Of a stretch of 64,000 nt of DNA, positions 14,655-29,290 are shown one piece after another; the stretch's first letter is position 1; the number at the start of each line of letters is the position of its first letter. Where the stretch lies: NCBI RefSeq assembly GCF_001194135.2, contig NC_068982.1, positions 168,331,220 to 168,395,219 on the forward strand, given 5' to 3'. Below the pieces are notes generated by a model. The model was not told the DNA's origin. It did not search any database and worked only from the letters and a program-made list of their open reading frames with translations. Made by a program: the position numbers and the translations under genes. The DNA is from Octopus bimaculoides. Its lineage: Eukaryota.

Positions 14655-14671
14655 GTATCGAATAATAATAA

Positions 14672-14746
<75 letters not shown>

Positions 14747-14925
14747 CAACAACAACATCGAAAAATACCTTAGGAATGATAACCCAGGTTTGAAATTTCC
14801 ACAAGGCACCTGATGAAGGCTGGAAGTATATCAGCCGAAGCGTTGTGTTAACTACAAGATGACAATATCCGTGAAATGTAAATAATGTACATAATTCCTC
14901 ATCTCTTAAATGTAAAACTGTAGAG
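14655..14925 (+). mobile_element. Headless copy of the same hammerhead-motif repeat
   Basis: (AAT)n followed by aacatcgaaaaataccttaggaatg...CTGATGAAGGCTG...CAGCCGAAGCGTTGTGTT...; aligns by eye to 43402-43600. Confidence 0.75.
14805..14849 (+). ncRNA. Minimal type I hammerhead-ribozyme-like motif (GAAA core mutated to GAAG)
   Basis: Stem I GGCAC/GUGUU, CUGAUGA core, stem II GGCUG/CAGCC, then GAAG-CG-UU. Confidence 0.5.
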
Positions 14926-17289
14926 TTACAGCTGTCTTTAACTGCCTTGCTTTTTAGCAGGACAGTATGGCCATTCCATTTGTCCTTCATTTCTATTTAC
15001 TATTTTTTCGTCTTTCAATACATTTCTTCTATATCCTTCACTTTTCAACTAATATATTTCTGATTTTGACTTCATATTTCCCCTTTCCCCTTTCTTCCTT
15101 CCTCGTATTCACCTCTCCAACAGTAATCCTTTACCCTTCCCACGTATTTTTATTGATGTTTGTGCATCAAATTAATTATGTTCTCTTCTACTATACGTCA
15201 TTCGCATTTGCCACTCATTTTTCCGACGTTGATACTGGGCATTTCCAATCTGAAGATATTCACGTATCATGTTTTTGGGGAGAAGATTTTTCCTTATATT
15301 TGGCGTATAAATTTTTACCATATTGTTTACATCTTTTTGCATAACATGCCTTGTAACATTAACCGGTTGCCGAATCTTTAAAACAGGTTTAAACATCTAC
15401 CTCCTTCTTGTAATTTGAATATATTTATATAATACCTCATATAAATGATTTACTGAACTGACGCCTCTAATTGTTCGTCTGTTCTTTGATTATTTATTAC
15501 TCGCTTCAGCTATATATTTCTTATAGCTAGCACTTTTCTGTTGGACTGTTTTACTCTAGTTAAGAAGTTGGAGGTTAAGAAGCTCGAATTTGGAGCGTAA
15601 ATTTTCTACACTCATACCGTCTTCTCACCTACCATGTGTGTATGTCTGTGTGCGTGTATATGCATTTATGTGTGCGCCAGTATGTCACTGTGTATATCTA
15701 TATGCGCGTCTCTGTGTGCGCCTGTGCATTTGTGCCTGCATGTGTGTATGTGTGCGTATGTGAGTGCTTTGGTATGTGTTCGTGCGTACGTCCATCCGTA
15801 TTTGGTTAACCAGAATATCTCATTGATCGTTAACACTCATTATTGGGAATTCAGAAATGACATATGAAATGCAGATCGTTTGGTTTCAAGTCTAACACTC
15901 TACTAGTTTTATTACTAGTTGCATCAATGTATAACTTCAATGATGTACGCCCCTAAAATATGAGTATATATCTTCAAAAAAATTACATGCGAAGGACAAT
16001 TTAATTTCATTGCTTTCAAACATATATAAAGCACATTTCAGGAAATGTTATGGCATATTTAAGAGATGAAGAATATTCGATGGCAATGCAGCGTGGCAAT
16101 TAATTGCAACAGAAAACATAAATTCTTTATGTTAAATAATTGTAAACGTGTTATTTCTTTAAAATTTCAGTCACTTTTAGTAGGAAAGATGAAGTTTTAT
16201 TCTAATTTCATCTGTTATGTTAATAGATTGCATAGTAAAATTTTCACATTTGTATCAGAGTTGAAAAATTATGATCAACAAAAATATTCCTCACCATCAT
16301 CACTATCATCACCATCATCGTCATCGTTGACGTCGTCGTCGTCCTCGTCGCCGTCGTCGTCGTCGTTGTCGAGGTCGTCGTCGGCGTCGTCATCATCATC
16401 ATCATTCTCGTTCTTATCATCACTACCATTGGCAGAATAGTTAATGCGTGAAGCAAAATGCTGAGCGGCATTTCTTTTACCTTTTTACGATCTGAGTTCA
16501 AATTCTGTCGAGGTCTACTTTGTCTTTGAACTTTCCAAGATCAATAAAATAAGTTCCAATCTATGTTGCTTCCGTCATAATTTATCGCCCGACTCTTGTG
16601 TTTTGTCCTACATCTATTTTGACGAGATTAGGACGTCTTCTCTACGTTCTTTTAATATTCTCTTTACCTGGAACCCTTGAAGCAAATATCATAAATTGTT
16701 TTTCCAAGTGTAAACAACGATAGAAATTTGAGTGACGCAAGTTTCGACTTTAGCACACATAACGTCTAACTGTAGAGATACGACATTCAAACGAGAAAAA
16801 AGTATCATGGCAACCATGAACGGAAAATCATGAAGCTTTACCACCCGAAGCTGTCACAAGGGTACAAGAGAGAATGGAAGTAAATTATATCTTTCACTGC
16901 CAAGACCTGTAGACGTCATCCGTGTTCCACGGTGACATGCGCATTGAGAACTCCTAAATCCAGTGTAGAAGAGTTTATGAGACAAATGCATTGCTTTTAA
17001 TACGTCTGAGTGAAAGGAACAGGGACAGTTAGTGTGTCATTCAGTTGTTCACAGTTTAATATCATTGCACTTCGGACAAAGAAACAGGAAGTTCACCGTA
17101 AGAGACATCGTTGACAGTGATCAAGTCTGATTAGTAATACCGTAATACCAAAAGGTAAGAAGTAATGTCATATTTAAGAACGAGCAAATCTTTATAAATC
17201 AACACAAGACCATCAGAAAAATAGCTTTGAAATTGTAGAAAACAATCGCCCCTAAGAGCCGACCTGTGAAAGAAGCTGATGTATCAATT

Positions 17290-18790
17290 TTACCGTCTAT
17301 AGCCAGTAGTGTCATCTATTTGATTTATGGAAGTGAAGAGGAGAGAGAAATAAGTAGGACTGGAGACTGTTAGAAAGGATAGAAAGAAAAATTAACTCGA
17401 AAAGACAAGATGCATCCCGAGAGAAGGCAAGTAAAAAGTGTGTGGAGACATCTTTGTGCAACAAATGAAGGTCTACTGATAGGCATATGAATGGCCTGTA
17501 GGCTTTGAGGGTCATCTATTTCTCTTCTTTTATGCAAGTAGGTTATTTTCCTTTGCGTCAAGCACTCTGGTATTTCGGATGGAATCCGTATTATTTTATT
17601 AAAGATATATATAATATTTTGGTGCAAGACATGTTGGCGTTTAATCCATAAATTTGGAATTTGTTCTATTCCAGGAGATTTTTAGTTATCTTTTCTGCCG
17701 ATGGCTATCATTATATTGCTTGCTGTGATGCCCCATTCCTGAGTTGCCGCACATTTCAATTTTTGTTGTTTTATGGTTAGTTCATATGTTTCATGGAGTT
17801 TTCTACTTCCGTATATTCTCTTCACAATGTTTCTAGTTTTTCTTTGCTTTGCAAATTCTGCACTTATTTTCTTTTATTATCTAATTTTCCATAGGGGATT
17901 TTTATACCTTGAAATATTTGATTTTCTCTTGAATTGCTTGATTCGTTATACAATCTTCCCGTCATATTTGAACAGATATTAATTTTGTAATTTCAAAATC
18001 TTTTTAATTTGAATTTTATGTATTTAATTTTGCATTTTTAAGGGTTGGTGCTGATGTGGTTCTCTTATCCTAGATGTTTTCTCCTTGCAATCTATCTCCT
18101 TTTGAGTCAAACGGATCTGTTTTTTGGTTTCTAGCTTCATCCCTTATTTTTCCACCTACTACTCTGATTACTACAATGTTACGTCTAGTATTTGGTTTAG
18201 GTCCGTTATTCTTATTTTATTTATTTGCTCTGTAATTTCTTTTTAATACACAGTTAATATCTATGATTAAGGCTTGTTTTTTTTGTGTTGAATGATATTT
18301 TCCTTGTTTATAGTCTTTCTTCGATTTGTATAACTTTTATCTATTCAAACTTAATTTCCTCTATCATATTTTCTAAGTCACTGCATTCATTTATTTTTGT
18401 TGGCATAAATAGTTTATTCCTATTCATATTAGTTGGCAATGTTCAGTGTGAAGTAGCCGGTTCCTTATTTACTGTTGAATTGTAGAGCATACAGTTGCCT
18501 TTATATTCTATTCTGTTATAGTCAGTCTTTCTGTTGTGTTCTGCATTGAGGGGCTGTGATGTATTATTTTAGTTTTATATTTCAGTTCAATTTTTTTTGC
18601 TTCTTTTTACAGATAATCTTATTCTATTTATTTGAGGGCGCATTTTGGAATTGCTATTTTGCCAGATTTAGCTTGTCGATTCTACAAAACAACCTGAAGG
18701 ATTTAATTTGGCAGTAAAGTAGGCTTTTGTTTTGCGGTCCTTGGGTATTCGGCGCCTGTTCATTTCTGTCTAACTCTGTGTTCTTCTTTT
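17290..18790 (-). mobile_element. Degenerate internal fragment of an R4/Dong-like LINE (pre-RT and RT start)
   Basis: KSPGIEQIPNLWIK and frameshifted P-x-x-YRPxxCL motifs; A-rich coding-strand composition. Confidence 0.75.
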
Positions 18791-20001
18791 GACTGAGTTT
18801 GCCACGCCGAAATGTTTCTGTATTTATTTACTTATTTACTTTTTATTATAAACATTTTAGGCATCGTGTTGCCATCTTAACACTTGGTTCAACAATACGT
18901 GCAGAATATTTATAAAACTTTAATTAACATCCCTAATGTACTGAAAATGTTAAAACCTTTCCAACTCTCTAGTGGTTCTTTTTCTCAATAGCTTGAATAG
19001 ACAGCAATATAATCTTGAGTGAATTTCAAGTAAAACATCATGCGATAAAATTAACATAAATATTAACGCCAAAACCGTGTCTTTAGTTATGTGGACAATG
19101 CTACTGACAATCTTCCAAACATTATTTCAGTTATTTTTGTGAAGTGCTAACAATTTTCCCATGAGCCATGCGATGCATTTAATGACAATATGAAGGTCAC
19201 AAACCGTGTTTTTGAAACCTATACTTCCTTAATGATATTTCGTTCTTTATAGTAACACTTTTTGTTTCATTTATTCCAATGTTTCCTATTTTGTTCTATT
19301 TCTATTGTTTTCTTCCTATTTGTTCGTTATTTCATTGTGTCTTAAATTGCTTTTTTCGATTTTGATGTTTATTTCCCCTGCTGCTTGGAAACGCACATTC
19401 CTTTACTAAGGCACTTACACTGCTAAAAGTACCGTATATTGCTGAAAACTTCTTACAGTGCTGAAATCACCATACACTGATGAATGCTTTACATCACTGA
19501 GTAAATAGATGAAGTAGCTTCTTCCCCTCCAACCTTATTTGTACTTATTATTTTCTGTTCCGATCCCGCCGAAGTCAAGCCCCTCCGGAATCGATAAAAT
19601 GATATACATTTCAAGTATTGGGACTAACGTAATTGGCAACAGACCTCCCACCAGTTTTAGGGCTTGTGCCAATCTTATAAACAGTTAAGGGAAGTGGAAT
19701 GGCAGGATCGTTAGTGCATTGAACAAAATCCTTGGCATTATTTAGGTTTTAACGTTCTGAATTAGCTCTTAACGTTCTGAATTCAAATCCAGCCAAGGTC
19801 AACTTCACCTTTCATCCTTTCGGATTTGATAAAAGAAAAACCCAGTCAATTACCAGGTTCAATGTAATTGACTACTCCATCTCCCACAAAGATTGCTGGC
19901 CTAATGCATGAACCAGAAACAATTATACAGGGCGTCGAGCTAGCAAAATCGTTAACACTTTGGAAAAAATACATAGCGGTAATTTTACTTTCTATTAGTA
20001 T

Positions 20002-20093
<92 letters not shown>

Positions 20094-22579
20094 CTGTTGA
20101 AATACATAAGATGGAGAAACTGATAAGGACCTTGTGTTAAAAGGGTAGTAGCAACAATCCACCAGACGGTTCAGTAAAATAAATAGAGCTCGGTTCAAAA
20201 ATAATAGCGTGTATACCTACGAGTTGCAAACCACCAGAAGGATAGTAAACTTTGTTGCTACTACTGCTAGCGATGTCGCTGCTGCTTCTGAAGCACTACT
20301 AGTCCCCTCTAGGAGAATAACTGGAAACAAACCTTATTCTCATCATCAAAACCCGTAGCCTCGGGTGTGCATCAACGAAGTGTGGCAGTATCTCTTCAGT
20401 CACTACAGGGCCAACCAGAGTCTACAGGAAACGTTTCGAACCTCTCGTTAAGCAAAAGAGGGGGAGCTTATGTAAATTAAGTACTAGTAGAATTCCGACA
20501 GGATATAGAAGAAGGGCTCAGCTTAGAGATTAAGGGAGCCGAAAATATCGCAGAAAGTCAGCTGTAGAACCTATTTTTGAGAGTTTTATTCCCCATTTCA
20601 ATGTTTGTTGAATGGACAAAGTAAAGTTCGTAGAAAAACTAACCAAAAGAAGAAAAAAAAATGAAGAAAATAATTGGGAGAATAAAAGGATTTATTCACA
20701 AATCTTAGAGAGATAGGAATTTGGTAAAAGAAAAGGTTACTATTCACCAAAAATGTAAAACGTTTTTCAAAATTAAATTGGTCGATTTCATTTATGAACC
20801 AAAATTTTTGACATATAAAGCCTGCTTTTTGGAGACCAACATACACACACAAAAAAGAAGTAAATTTCAGCGTTTTCCTTTTCTTCTAAATATTTCAAAT
20901 GTATTCACCTTCTCGGCTGAAAATCTCCTATTTCAGGATTCCGATTTCACTTCTTTAACAATTACAGTGAAACCTCTACCTCAATATCGACGTCTAATAA
21001 AGGAAATAAATATGCAGAACTGTCTTCCGTACTTGCTCAAACGAGTAAATTAATATTAGTCATTGAACTACTGTCCACTCCTGTTCACATCAAATTTCTA
21101 ATTAGATTGCTGATGCTCTGCGTTAAATTAGATCAGCCCTGCTTAATTTCTGATTATCTTCCACTCCTTAGACTTTTTCCCTATCCATTCATTCTTTAGT
21201 TGGTCATTTTTTTTTAATTTTGTCTTGGGTTTTCCTCTCCTTTCCTAACACCTGTTTCTCTTTCTCGATGTCCTCTGTATTCTCTTCTTATCATCAACAT
21301 CTACGTCAATATATCATTATTTTCGGAGTTGACAGATTGTCTATTTAATTTTATACTTCTCATACTGTAGTTTAAGCCAAAAAGCAAATAAATAAATTTT
21401 GCAGAGAAGACCGAAATAGAGAGCGAAGGAGCTAAAGAAATACAATGGATAAAGAGTGAGAAAGATGACAGAGAGCGTAACAAGCGGAGAAAGTGAGAGT
21501 GAATTGTAAGTATATAAAAGGAAGAAATAGTGACGGAGCACCTGGAAATATGGAGAGAAGAGATTAAGAGAAGTAAACTTATACGTGTATACATAGACGG
21601 AGAAATGTAAGGAAAGAAAGAGAAGGCTTAATGGAAGTTCTAAGCAGAAATCAAATCATCAGTAACGCTCTGAAATAATTAAAGAATGATCCAATTTTAG
21701 TTGAACAAATAACAAATTAGTAATTTAGATTGTCTGTTAAAAGAAAAATTACCGATTGTGTTTTTCTGTTTACATGTTACCGCTAATGTAAATAGTAATC
21801 CTGATTTCTAACATTAACACAAGGTCACAAAATTTGTAGGAATAAACATACAATGAAATCGACTTAAGCGTTTCAATGGTAATTATTTATCGAACCTAGA
21901 ACAATGTAAACAGAGCCTGGAGGGGCGTAATTAAATACAGCAAGCCATTTAGTCCGGCAGTCAAACATTTCTGGCATTTAAGATTAAGGTGGTGACATAG
22001 ATTTCAAAATAAGTATTGGTAGTTTTATATGTTTTGCAAAGGGATACAAGGGTAAAATATAATCCCATTAGTACCCATACTGGAAATCCTCAATAATAAT
22101 GATTTCGTCATTACCCAAACATCAAAGAGACGTTCATTTAAGGACACTTAAGCGTTGTGCTTCTTATGCGATTCGTAAGTGTAGAGATCTCAAGATTTTA
22201 CCACATCCTACGATGTACGTACCAGACGATTACAAAGATTGAGACTGCGGAAATGAAATCAAAATATTGCGCAGTTCTAGCGGGGATACAACCACAACCC
22301 TAGTTTGTTTTTCTTTTTTTTTTTTTTGGCTTACATCACCTCACCCGTGTCTCCATCAATTTTAAAACCTAGATCAATTTAGACCTTGCACAAGGTAATT
22401 TTTTCATAGATAAACAATGCTGGTAAACTGGCTGATAAAAACAGTCCCACCTAGATTCCAAGTTGCAAACTTAATTGACTTGGTTAGGTTTTGTACTGGT
22501 ACTCACCACGAAATCAATCAACGATTTGGCTAATTTACATCATTTACATTTGACGTATATTTGTCCTCATTTTGTTGTT

Positions 22580-22625
22580 AACACAACGTTTCGACTCATA
22601 TAGCCTCCAGTCTTCATCAATTGTC
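22580..22625 (-). ncRNA. Hammerhead-like motif copy (core UUGAUGA, intact GAAAC)
   Basis: Stem II GACU/AGUC, GAAACGUU followed by GUGUU. Confidence 0.45.
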
Positions 22626-22633
22626 TAGTAGTT

Positions 22634-22693
<60 letters not shown>

Positions 22694-23149
22694 ACAGTGG
22701 CAGCAGCAAGTGCAGCTGCCACACCAACGAAAACAAAAGTAGCTGTCTGTGTGCAGGTTATACGCTAGTTAAACGCTATGCCCAATTCCTGATGATTTAT
22801 TGTGCTATGTTCATTTGGCGGAGGTAGAGACATACAGTCAATATAATCGAAGAAGTATAATGATGTTTTTTGTGTCATGGATGAGTATCGTGTCCACTTT
22901 AGTAAGATTACACTAGAAATGTACCAGCTCTGCCATTACATGAAGCACGTCTTAACACGAGTTGCTTGCTACTTAACACGGAGAATTCAACCATATGGTT
23001 ATATTTCTATTTTCATTTCAATATAATAGAAAACAGAGCAGGTATTATCACACGTTTACCTGTTCCTTCACTACACTTATTCTTACTGTGCATGTATATA
23101 TATAAACGTGTGTGCGTGTATCTATGTAAATGTATGTGTAATGGTAATA

Positions 23150-23262
<113 letters not shown>

Positions 23263-25667
23263 TGTGTGTGTGTGAGTGTGAGTGTGTGTAATGCAATTAT
23301 TTAAAAGAGCTTTTGTTTGTATCTGCGTGCATCATTGTCTGTGATTTCGTTCGTGTTTTTTTCTCTTGTGTTGTTTGATGTGTGCGTGTGTAGGCGTGCA
23401 TGTGTATATTTGCTTTTGCAGTTGGTTCTGTTAATGCTTGTTTTGTGTACGTTTATTTTTCGTCTGCGTGAATGTATACATGTGAGTGAGCTGGTATGTC
23501 TACGCACTTTTTCTTTTTTCATTTCATTGAATCATTGTGTATACCTGAGTGTTTGGAAGCGAATGCAAGTAAACATGATAGAGTGTAGCTGTACGTGTTT
23601 TTTTCTGTGTTAACGATTATATCTCAATCTTAAACCATGGCTGGTTTTAGACATGTGCATGCTTGTTTGTGTTAAGTATGTGTATTCAGATGTTATAATG
23701 TTTATTAAAAATACAATTGTCATCATGCCAGAAGTTGAAAGTAGCATAACAACTATTGAATTATAATTGGTTAGTTGGACGCCAGCCGGAGTGTCTGTTT
23801 TAATTTAGGCCATTGATAGCAACCGGAAATCAAAGGTGCAAGTTGTAGGCTATGTGAGATGGTTTAACCTGGATTCGAAAATTGTCAGTGAACTGTTTCA
23901 CTGACGCCTTAACAATATTCTGTTATTGTTTATCTCTACATATTTTATAAACGTTTCTTTCAATTTGTATAATTAATGTAATTTTGTTGTTTAAACAGGA
24001 ACAAGTATGGATGCTCGCTCTGCAACCACGTAGTTGCAGGTTTAGTTCTACTGCACGGCACCTTAGTGTTCTCAAGTATAGTTTCGAGCTGACAAATGCC
24101 TTGCGAGTGAATTTGGTTGGCGGAAACTGGGTGGAAGCCTATGGTAGGTGTGTATATGTGTGTGTGTGTATGAATGTATATGTATGTGTATATATATGTG
24201 TGTATGAGTCTTTGTGTTTGCGTTTGCTCCCACCAACGCTTGACTTCTAGCGTCAGTTTGTTTACATCCACGTATCTCAGTAGATCGACAAAAGTGTGAA
24301 CAAATACCAAACTTTTAAAATAAGTACCATAGTTGATTTGATCGACTAAATCCTTCAACGAGGTGCTCTTGCGTGGCCTCATTCTAATAAGTGAAACTAG
24401 TTAAAGATAAAGATGAATAGTTATATATTATTGTTATCATAGCACGTTTAATCGGTCATCGTAGGAAAAAACCATGAAAGATAAAGGAAAGAGAATGATG
24501 AAAGTTAAAGGGGGAAAAATCGTAGATCGTGAATTTGTTATAGAGAGATTTATCTCTGTTGTATTACGTCGGAAGCCAATAAGAGACATAAATATATCAT
24601 TGACAGCGTTACATATTCTTGAGCTTCTTATAATTGTTACTAATTTAGGTATAGAACCAGTAATGTCAAGGGAAAGGTTTAATCGATACCATTACATCCA
24701 GTACTTGACTGACACCCCGGAGGGATGAATGACAAAGCTGACCTCGGCAACTTGGAACTCAAAACGTAAAAGCCACAACTAATAACAAAAAAGCTTTCCT
24801 CCGACGGTCCACAAATTCTGCCAATACTCTTATGTATTTCTCGTTAAACAGATTATATTTCATTTGCTTCGTCAATGCTCCGGACAGTAATAAATTTCCT
24901 CGCTCGTTAAACTTTCGAGACATTTAAATATAGATATTATTTATACCTATAGTAAATATCTAAGTATAGATATTTACTAAATGAATTTAAATCTTCTATT
25001 GTACTTTAGCTGCGAAAGAGTTTAAAAATCTAGTCAAATCCAGGCTCATGTCTAACAAGCTGGTCATACATATAGTTTATTCACTTGACCACTGAATCAT
25101 TACTAAGTACATCACGCTATATGTGTCCAAATTTGCAATATCTGTGATATTCCGTAACATTTGAATATTCAATCAATTTATCATGGAATTAATGAAAGAA
25201 AGTTTTTTACTAAATAAAAAAAGAAAAGAATGAATTTAGTCATACCACTACACAATTTCACTTGCTCTTCACATTATTCTATGTTTATCAAATAATCTTT
25301 TCGTCAAATTTTTCTTTGCCACCCCGAACAAAAATAAATAAATGAAAATAAGATTTGGTAATATATATCTTCTTTTTTTTCTTTTCTAGTGATGTTATTT
25401 CAATGAAATGCTATTGTGCGTGTTTTATCTATACAATCTAGGCGCCAGTTGGCATTTTTCCTCTGAAATATCTTTCAAACAGCGAATGAAGAATTTCTCG
25501 TATCAAACGTCGATATGTCTAATTGCGTTAATATACAATTCTCGAAATGATTAAGCCTTTTGTTGATATAACAATGTTATCGCATGTGTGCTATCTTTTA
25601 CTATCTTTCCTCTTTGCGGCACTCAGCAAGTTATAAATGAGCCATTTTGTGTGTGGTATGTGTGTGC

Positions 25668-25723
<56 letters not shown>

Positions 25724-26288
25724 NNNNNNNNNNNNNNNNNNNNNNNNNNNNNNNNNNNNNNNNNNNNNNNNNNNNNNNNNNNNNNNNNNNNNNNNNNNNN
25801 NNNNNNNNNNNNNNNNNNNNNNNNNNNNNNNNNNNNNNNNNNNNNNNNNNNNNNNNNNNNNNNNNNNNNNNNNNNNNNNNNNNNNNNNNNNNNNNNNNNN
25901 NNNNNNNNNNNNNNNNNNNNNNNNNNNNNNNNNNNNNNNNNNNNNNNNNNNNNNNNNNNNNNNNNNNNNNNNNNNNNNNNNNNNNNNNNNNNNNNNNNNN
26001 NNNNNNNNNNNNNNNNNNNNNNNNNNNNNNNNNNNNNNNNNNNNNNNNNNNNNNNNNNNNNNNNNNNNNNNNNNNNNNNNNNNNNNNNNNNNNNNNNNNN
26101 NNNNNNNNNNNNNNNNNNNNNNNNNNNNNNNNNNNNNNNNNNNNNNNNNNNNNNNNNNNNNNNNNNNNNNNNNNNNNNNNNNNNNNNNNNNNNNNNNNNN
26201 NNNNNNNNNNNNNNNNNNNNNNNNNNNNNNNNNNNNNNNNNNNNNNNNNNNNNNNNNNNNNNNNNNNNNNNNNNNNNNNNNNNNNNNN

Positions 26289-26327
<39 letters not shown>

Positions 26328-26818
26328 TGAACACACACACGCATATATATATGTATATATATAGTGTACTTAATTCATGGTTTGCCATATATAAACTCAC
26401 ATATTAAAAATCTTTCATATCGTTCCTTTCTGAATGTCGAGTCTCCATTCTTTCACTCAATTTTTCTACCTTCTTTTTATAATATTTTAGTATCAACCAT
26501 CATATCTCTGTTTCTCTCATAATTTATTACATTCTTTCGCCTTTGTCTCTCTCACCTTCTGACTCTATAACTATATTGCTTTTTCAAACTTTCTTCTGCA
26601 GTCTCACTTTCTCACCATTACTCATTTATTCCTCCTATTTAGCCTCTTCACTCATTTATCTATTTCTGCCGCACATCTCTAGCAGAAAATAACATCTGCA
26701 CACCAAATAATTTTCACTTCCACAATTTGTCCCATCGCTTTTTTTCCCCCCCATCTTGAATGTTTCTCTTCCTTCCATTACATCTCCTTCTCTTTATTTC
26801 TTCTTCTTCTTCTTCTTC

Positions 26819-26819
<1 letters not shown>

Positions 26820-26856
<37 letters not shown>

Positions 26857-27690
26857 TAGTTTTATTTTTATAACGTGCTTTCACTTCACTACCGAGCGCA
26901 GCTCTGTGCGCCTTGGGTATGTGCTGTGGTTTGCTGTGGTGCTCTTATGTTTACTGTATTGAAAGTGTTTTTCGTAGAATGTGTGCAGTACCCAGTAGTG
27001 CAATTTTCTGTATGTTATATATATTTGTAAGTCCTGGTGTTTTTGTTATGTATTTGTCTGAATATTTTTTTATTATACCTAAGGCACCTACTNNNNNNNN
27101 NNNNNNNNNNNNNNNNNNNNNNNNNNNNNNNNNNNNNNNNNNNNNNNNNNNNNNNNNNNNNNNNNNNNNNNNNNNNNNNNNNNNNNNNNNNNNNNNNNNN
27201 NNNNNNNNNNNNNNNNNNNNNNNNNNNNNNNNNNNNNNNNNNNNNNNNNNNNNNNNNNNNNNNNNNNNNNNNNNNNNNNNNNNNNNNNNNNNNNNNNNNN
27301 NNNNNNNNNNNNNNNNNNNNNNNNNNNNNNNNNNNNNNNNNNNNNNNNNNNNNNNNNNNNNNNNNNNNNNNNNNNNNNNNNNNNNNNNNNNNNNNNNNNN
27401 NNNNNNNNNNNNNNNNNNNNNNNNNNNNNNNNNNNNNNNNNNNNNNNNNNNNNNNNNNNNNNNNNNNNNNNNNNNNNNNNNNNNNNNNNNNNNNNNNNNN
27501 NNNNNNNNNNNNNNNNNNNNNNNNNNNNNNNNNNNNNNNNNNNNNNNNNNNNNNNNNNNNNNNNNNNNNNNNNNNNNNNNNNNNNNNTCTCTGTCTATTT
27601 CTTTCGCATTTAGTTTAGCCCAGTATTTACCATGTAGGGGCTTTTCTTGCCATCGTTTTATCATGGTCCGTTGCTGTTCTAGTTTTAGTT
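26820..27690 (-). mobile_element. 5'-truncated R4/Dong-like LINE spanning an assembly gap, same subfamily as 3460-5565
   Basis: VGALGIIKKYSDKYITKTPGLTNIYNIQKIALLGTAHILRKTLSIQ*, 3' UTR near-identical to 3520-3610, WQEKPLHGKY upstream, (TAA)n tail. Confidence 0.88.
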
Positions 27691-27727
27691 TGGATTTCTT
27701 CTTCTTCTTCTTCTTCTTCTTCTTCTT

Positions 27728-27827
<100 letters not shown>

Positions 27828-29089
27828 TGCACTGTCTTCCGCTCTTGTCTCCCTCTTGTTATCCTCCCGGCTTCTTTACATCGATTCATTCTTCATTCCT
27901 ACAGCTCCGTCTACTAGTATACGGCCAGACTTATCATTGAAGTCACGTGTCATAATCCTATCATTCTTTTATTTTTCTGCCTTTCACTTTTTCCTTATCT
28001 TTCGTTTTTACATTCCCATTTTTCTCTACCACTTCCACGCGAACCCTCACTCATTCTTCTACGTACCGCACTCCTGTTTCTCACATGCAAACCCGCACAC
28101 ACATATACAGATTCATCACAGCTCTGCTATTAATAATATCTATTCAAAAAGTCCTCACTCCTACAGCTTGCGTTTGCCATCACAATTCCATTCAATCATT
28201 GTTGCATCTCAATTAATGCATGTCACTAAAATTCCTGATCTTTCTTGAACTCATGCATTATTCTAACGCCAAGATTTTTGAATGAGAATATTGACAACCA
28301 GTGAATGTTAACCCTTTAAAGAACAAGCGTAATAATTATGCCTAACTTAAGTTCATGAAAGCAAATGCATCAGGAAAGAAAGGTGGACGGGTATACTCCA
28401 TTGAATGAAGTCTGGTACTTGACTAGTACTTAACTGAAAAACTAAGAATTATGGAGAAATTTCAGCTCTGGGTACATAGGAGTGTAACGAAATACTGTAA
28501 GGTATATATTTTGTATTTACTGCTTCTACCAATACCCATCTCTTCGAAAACTCGTAATACAGATTTCTCCTTTCGGTTGGTAATTAACTTTGATTTAAGG
28601 CGCAAAATCAGTTAATTTGGTGAGAAGGGTATACGTTATTAAATACACTCTAGTATTTGACTGGTACTTATTTGATCGAACCGTGAAGGATGAAACAACT
28701 AGTTGAGTTTAACCGCTCTACTGAGTTTAACCTTTCTACCAATACCCATCCCCAAACTATTTTCTATAAGTAGGGAACTAAAGACATTTTAAGTGAAATG
28801 ATGGACTATAACATTCAGCTCATTTTACATTATGTTTTACATAGTTCCTGTATCATGTGACTTAACATGGCTATTTAACGTAAGAAGTTAACTGTAGGAG
28901 GTTGAATTATTTAGTAACACTAAAATATTGGTTGGAGAAAAATTTATAGAGAGTTAAAGCTCAAATATTTTATAAAAAGATTTGTGACATGTTTGGATGT
29001 TTGCGATATTGCTTTATGTGTTTTAAAGAATTATGGAGGACATAAATATTGGTTTTAAATTTTAGTACATGGACAACAATTTCGGGGTA

Positions 29090-29290
29090 GGGGCTAGCAT
29101 CGATAGCATCAACCCCAATGGCCAACAAGTATTTATTTTATCGAGACCCCGACATGATGAAAGGTAAAATCGACCTCGGCGGAATTTGAACTCAGAACGT
29201 AAAGATGGATCAAATGCCGCTAACCATTTTAGCGATTCTGCTACCTCGCCGACTTATGAAAGATAACGATTCTGCCAGCTTGCCGGCTTA
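29090..29290 (-). mobile_element. Family B SINE; other copies near 10000-10200 (+), 10730-10895 (-), 16432-16560 (+), 19695-19930 (+), 24655-24830 (-)
   Basis: Reverse complement of the family B core (cgacctcggcggaatttgaactcagaacgtaaag). Confidence 0.8.

Noticed and set aside
16666-16767. Minus-strand exon candidates at 16.7-16.9 kb and near 19.4, 22.2 and 29.4 kb
   Set aside because: Splice signals are present but the phases do not chain uniquely with neighbours, so they cannot be separated from chance.
23809-23904. VVGYVRWFN resembling the start of a cold-shock domain
   Set aside because: The obligatory following GYGFI (RNP-1) motif is absent and the frame stops.
25588-26407. Long ORFs in the track (also near 34.8-35.8 kb, 62.9-63.6 kb and 5.3-5.8 kb)
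   Set aside because: They are open only because of N gaps and di- or trinucleotide repeats.
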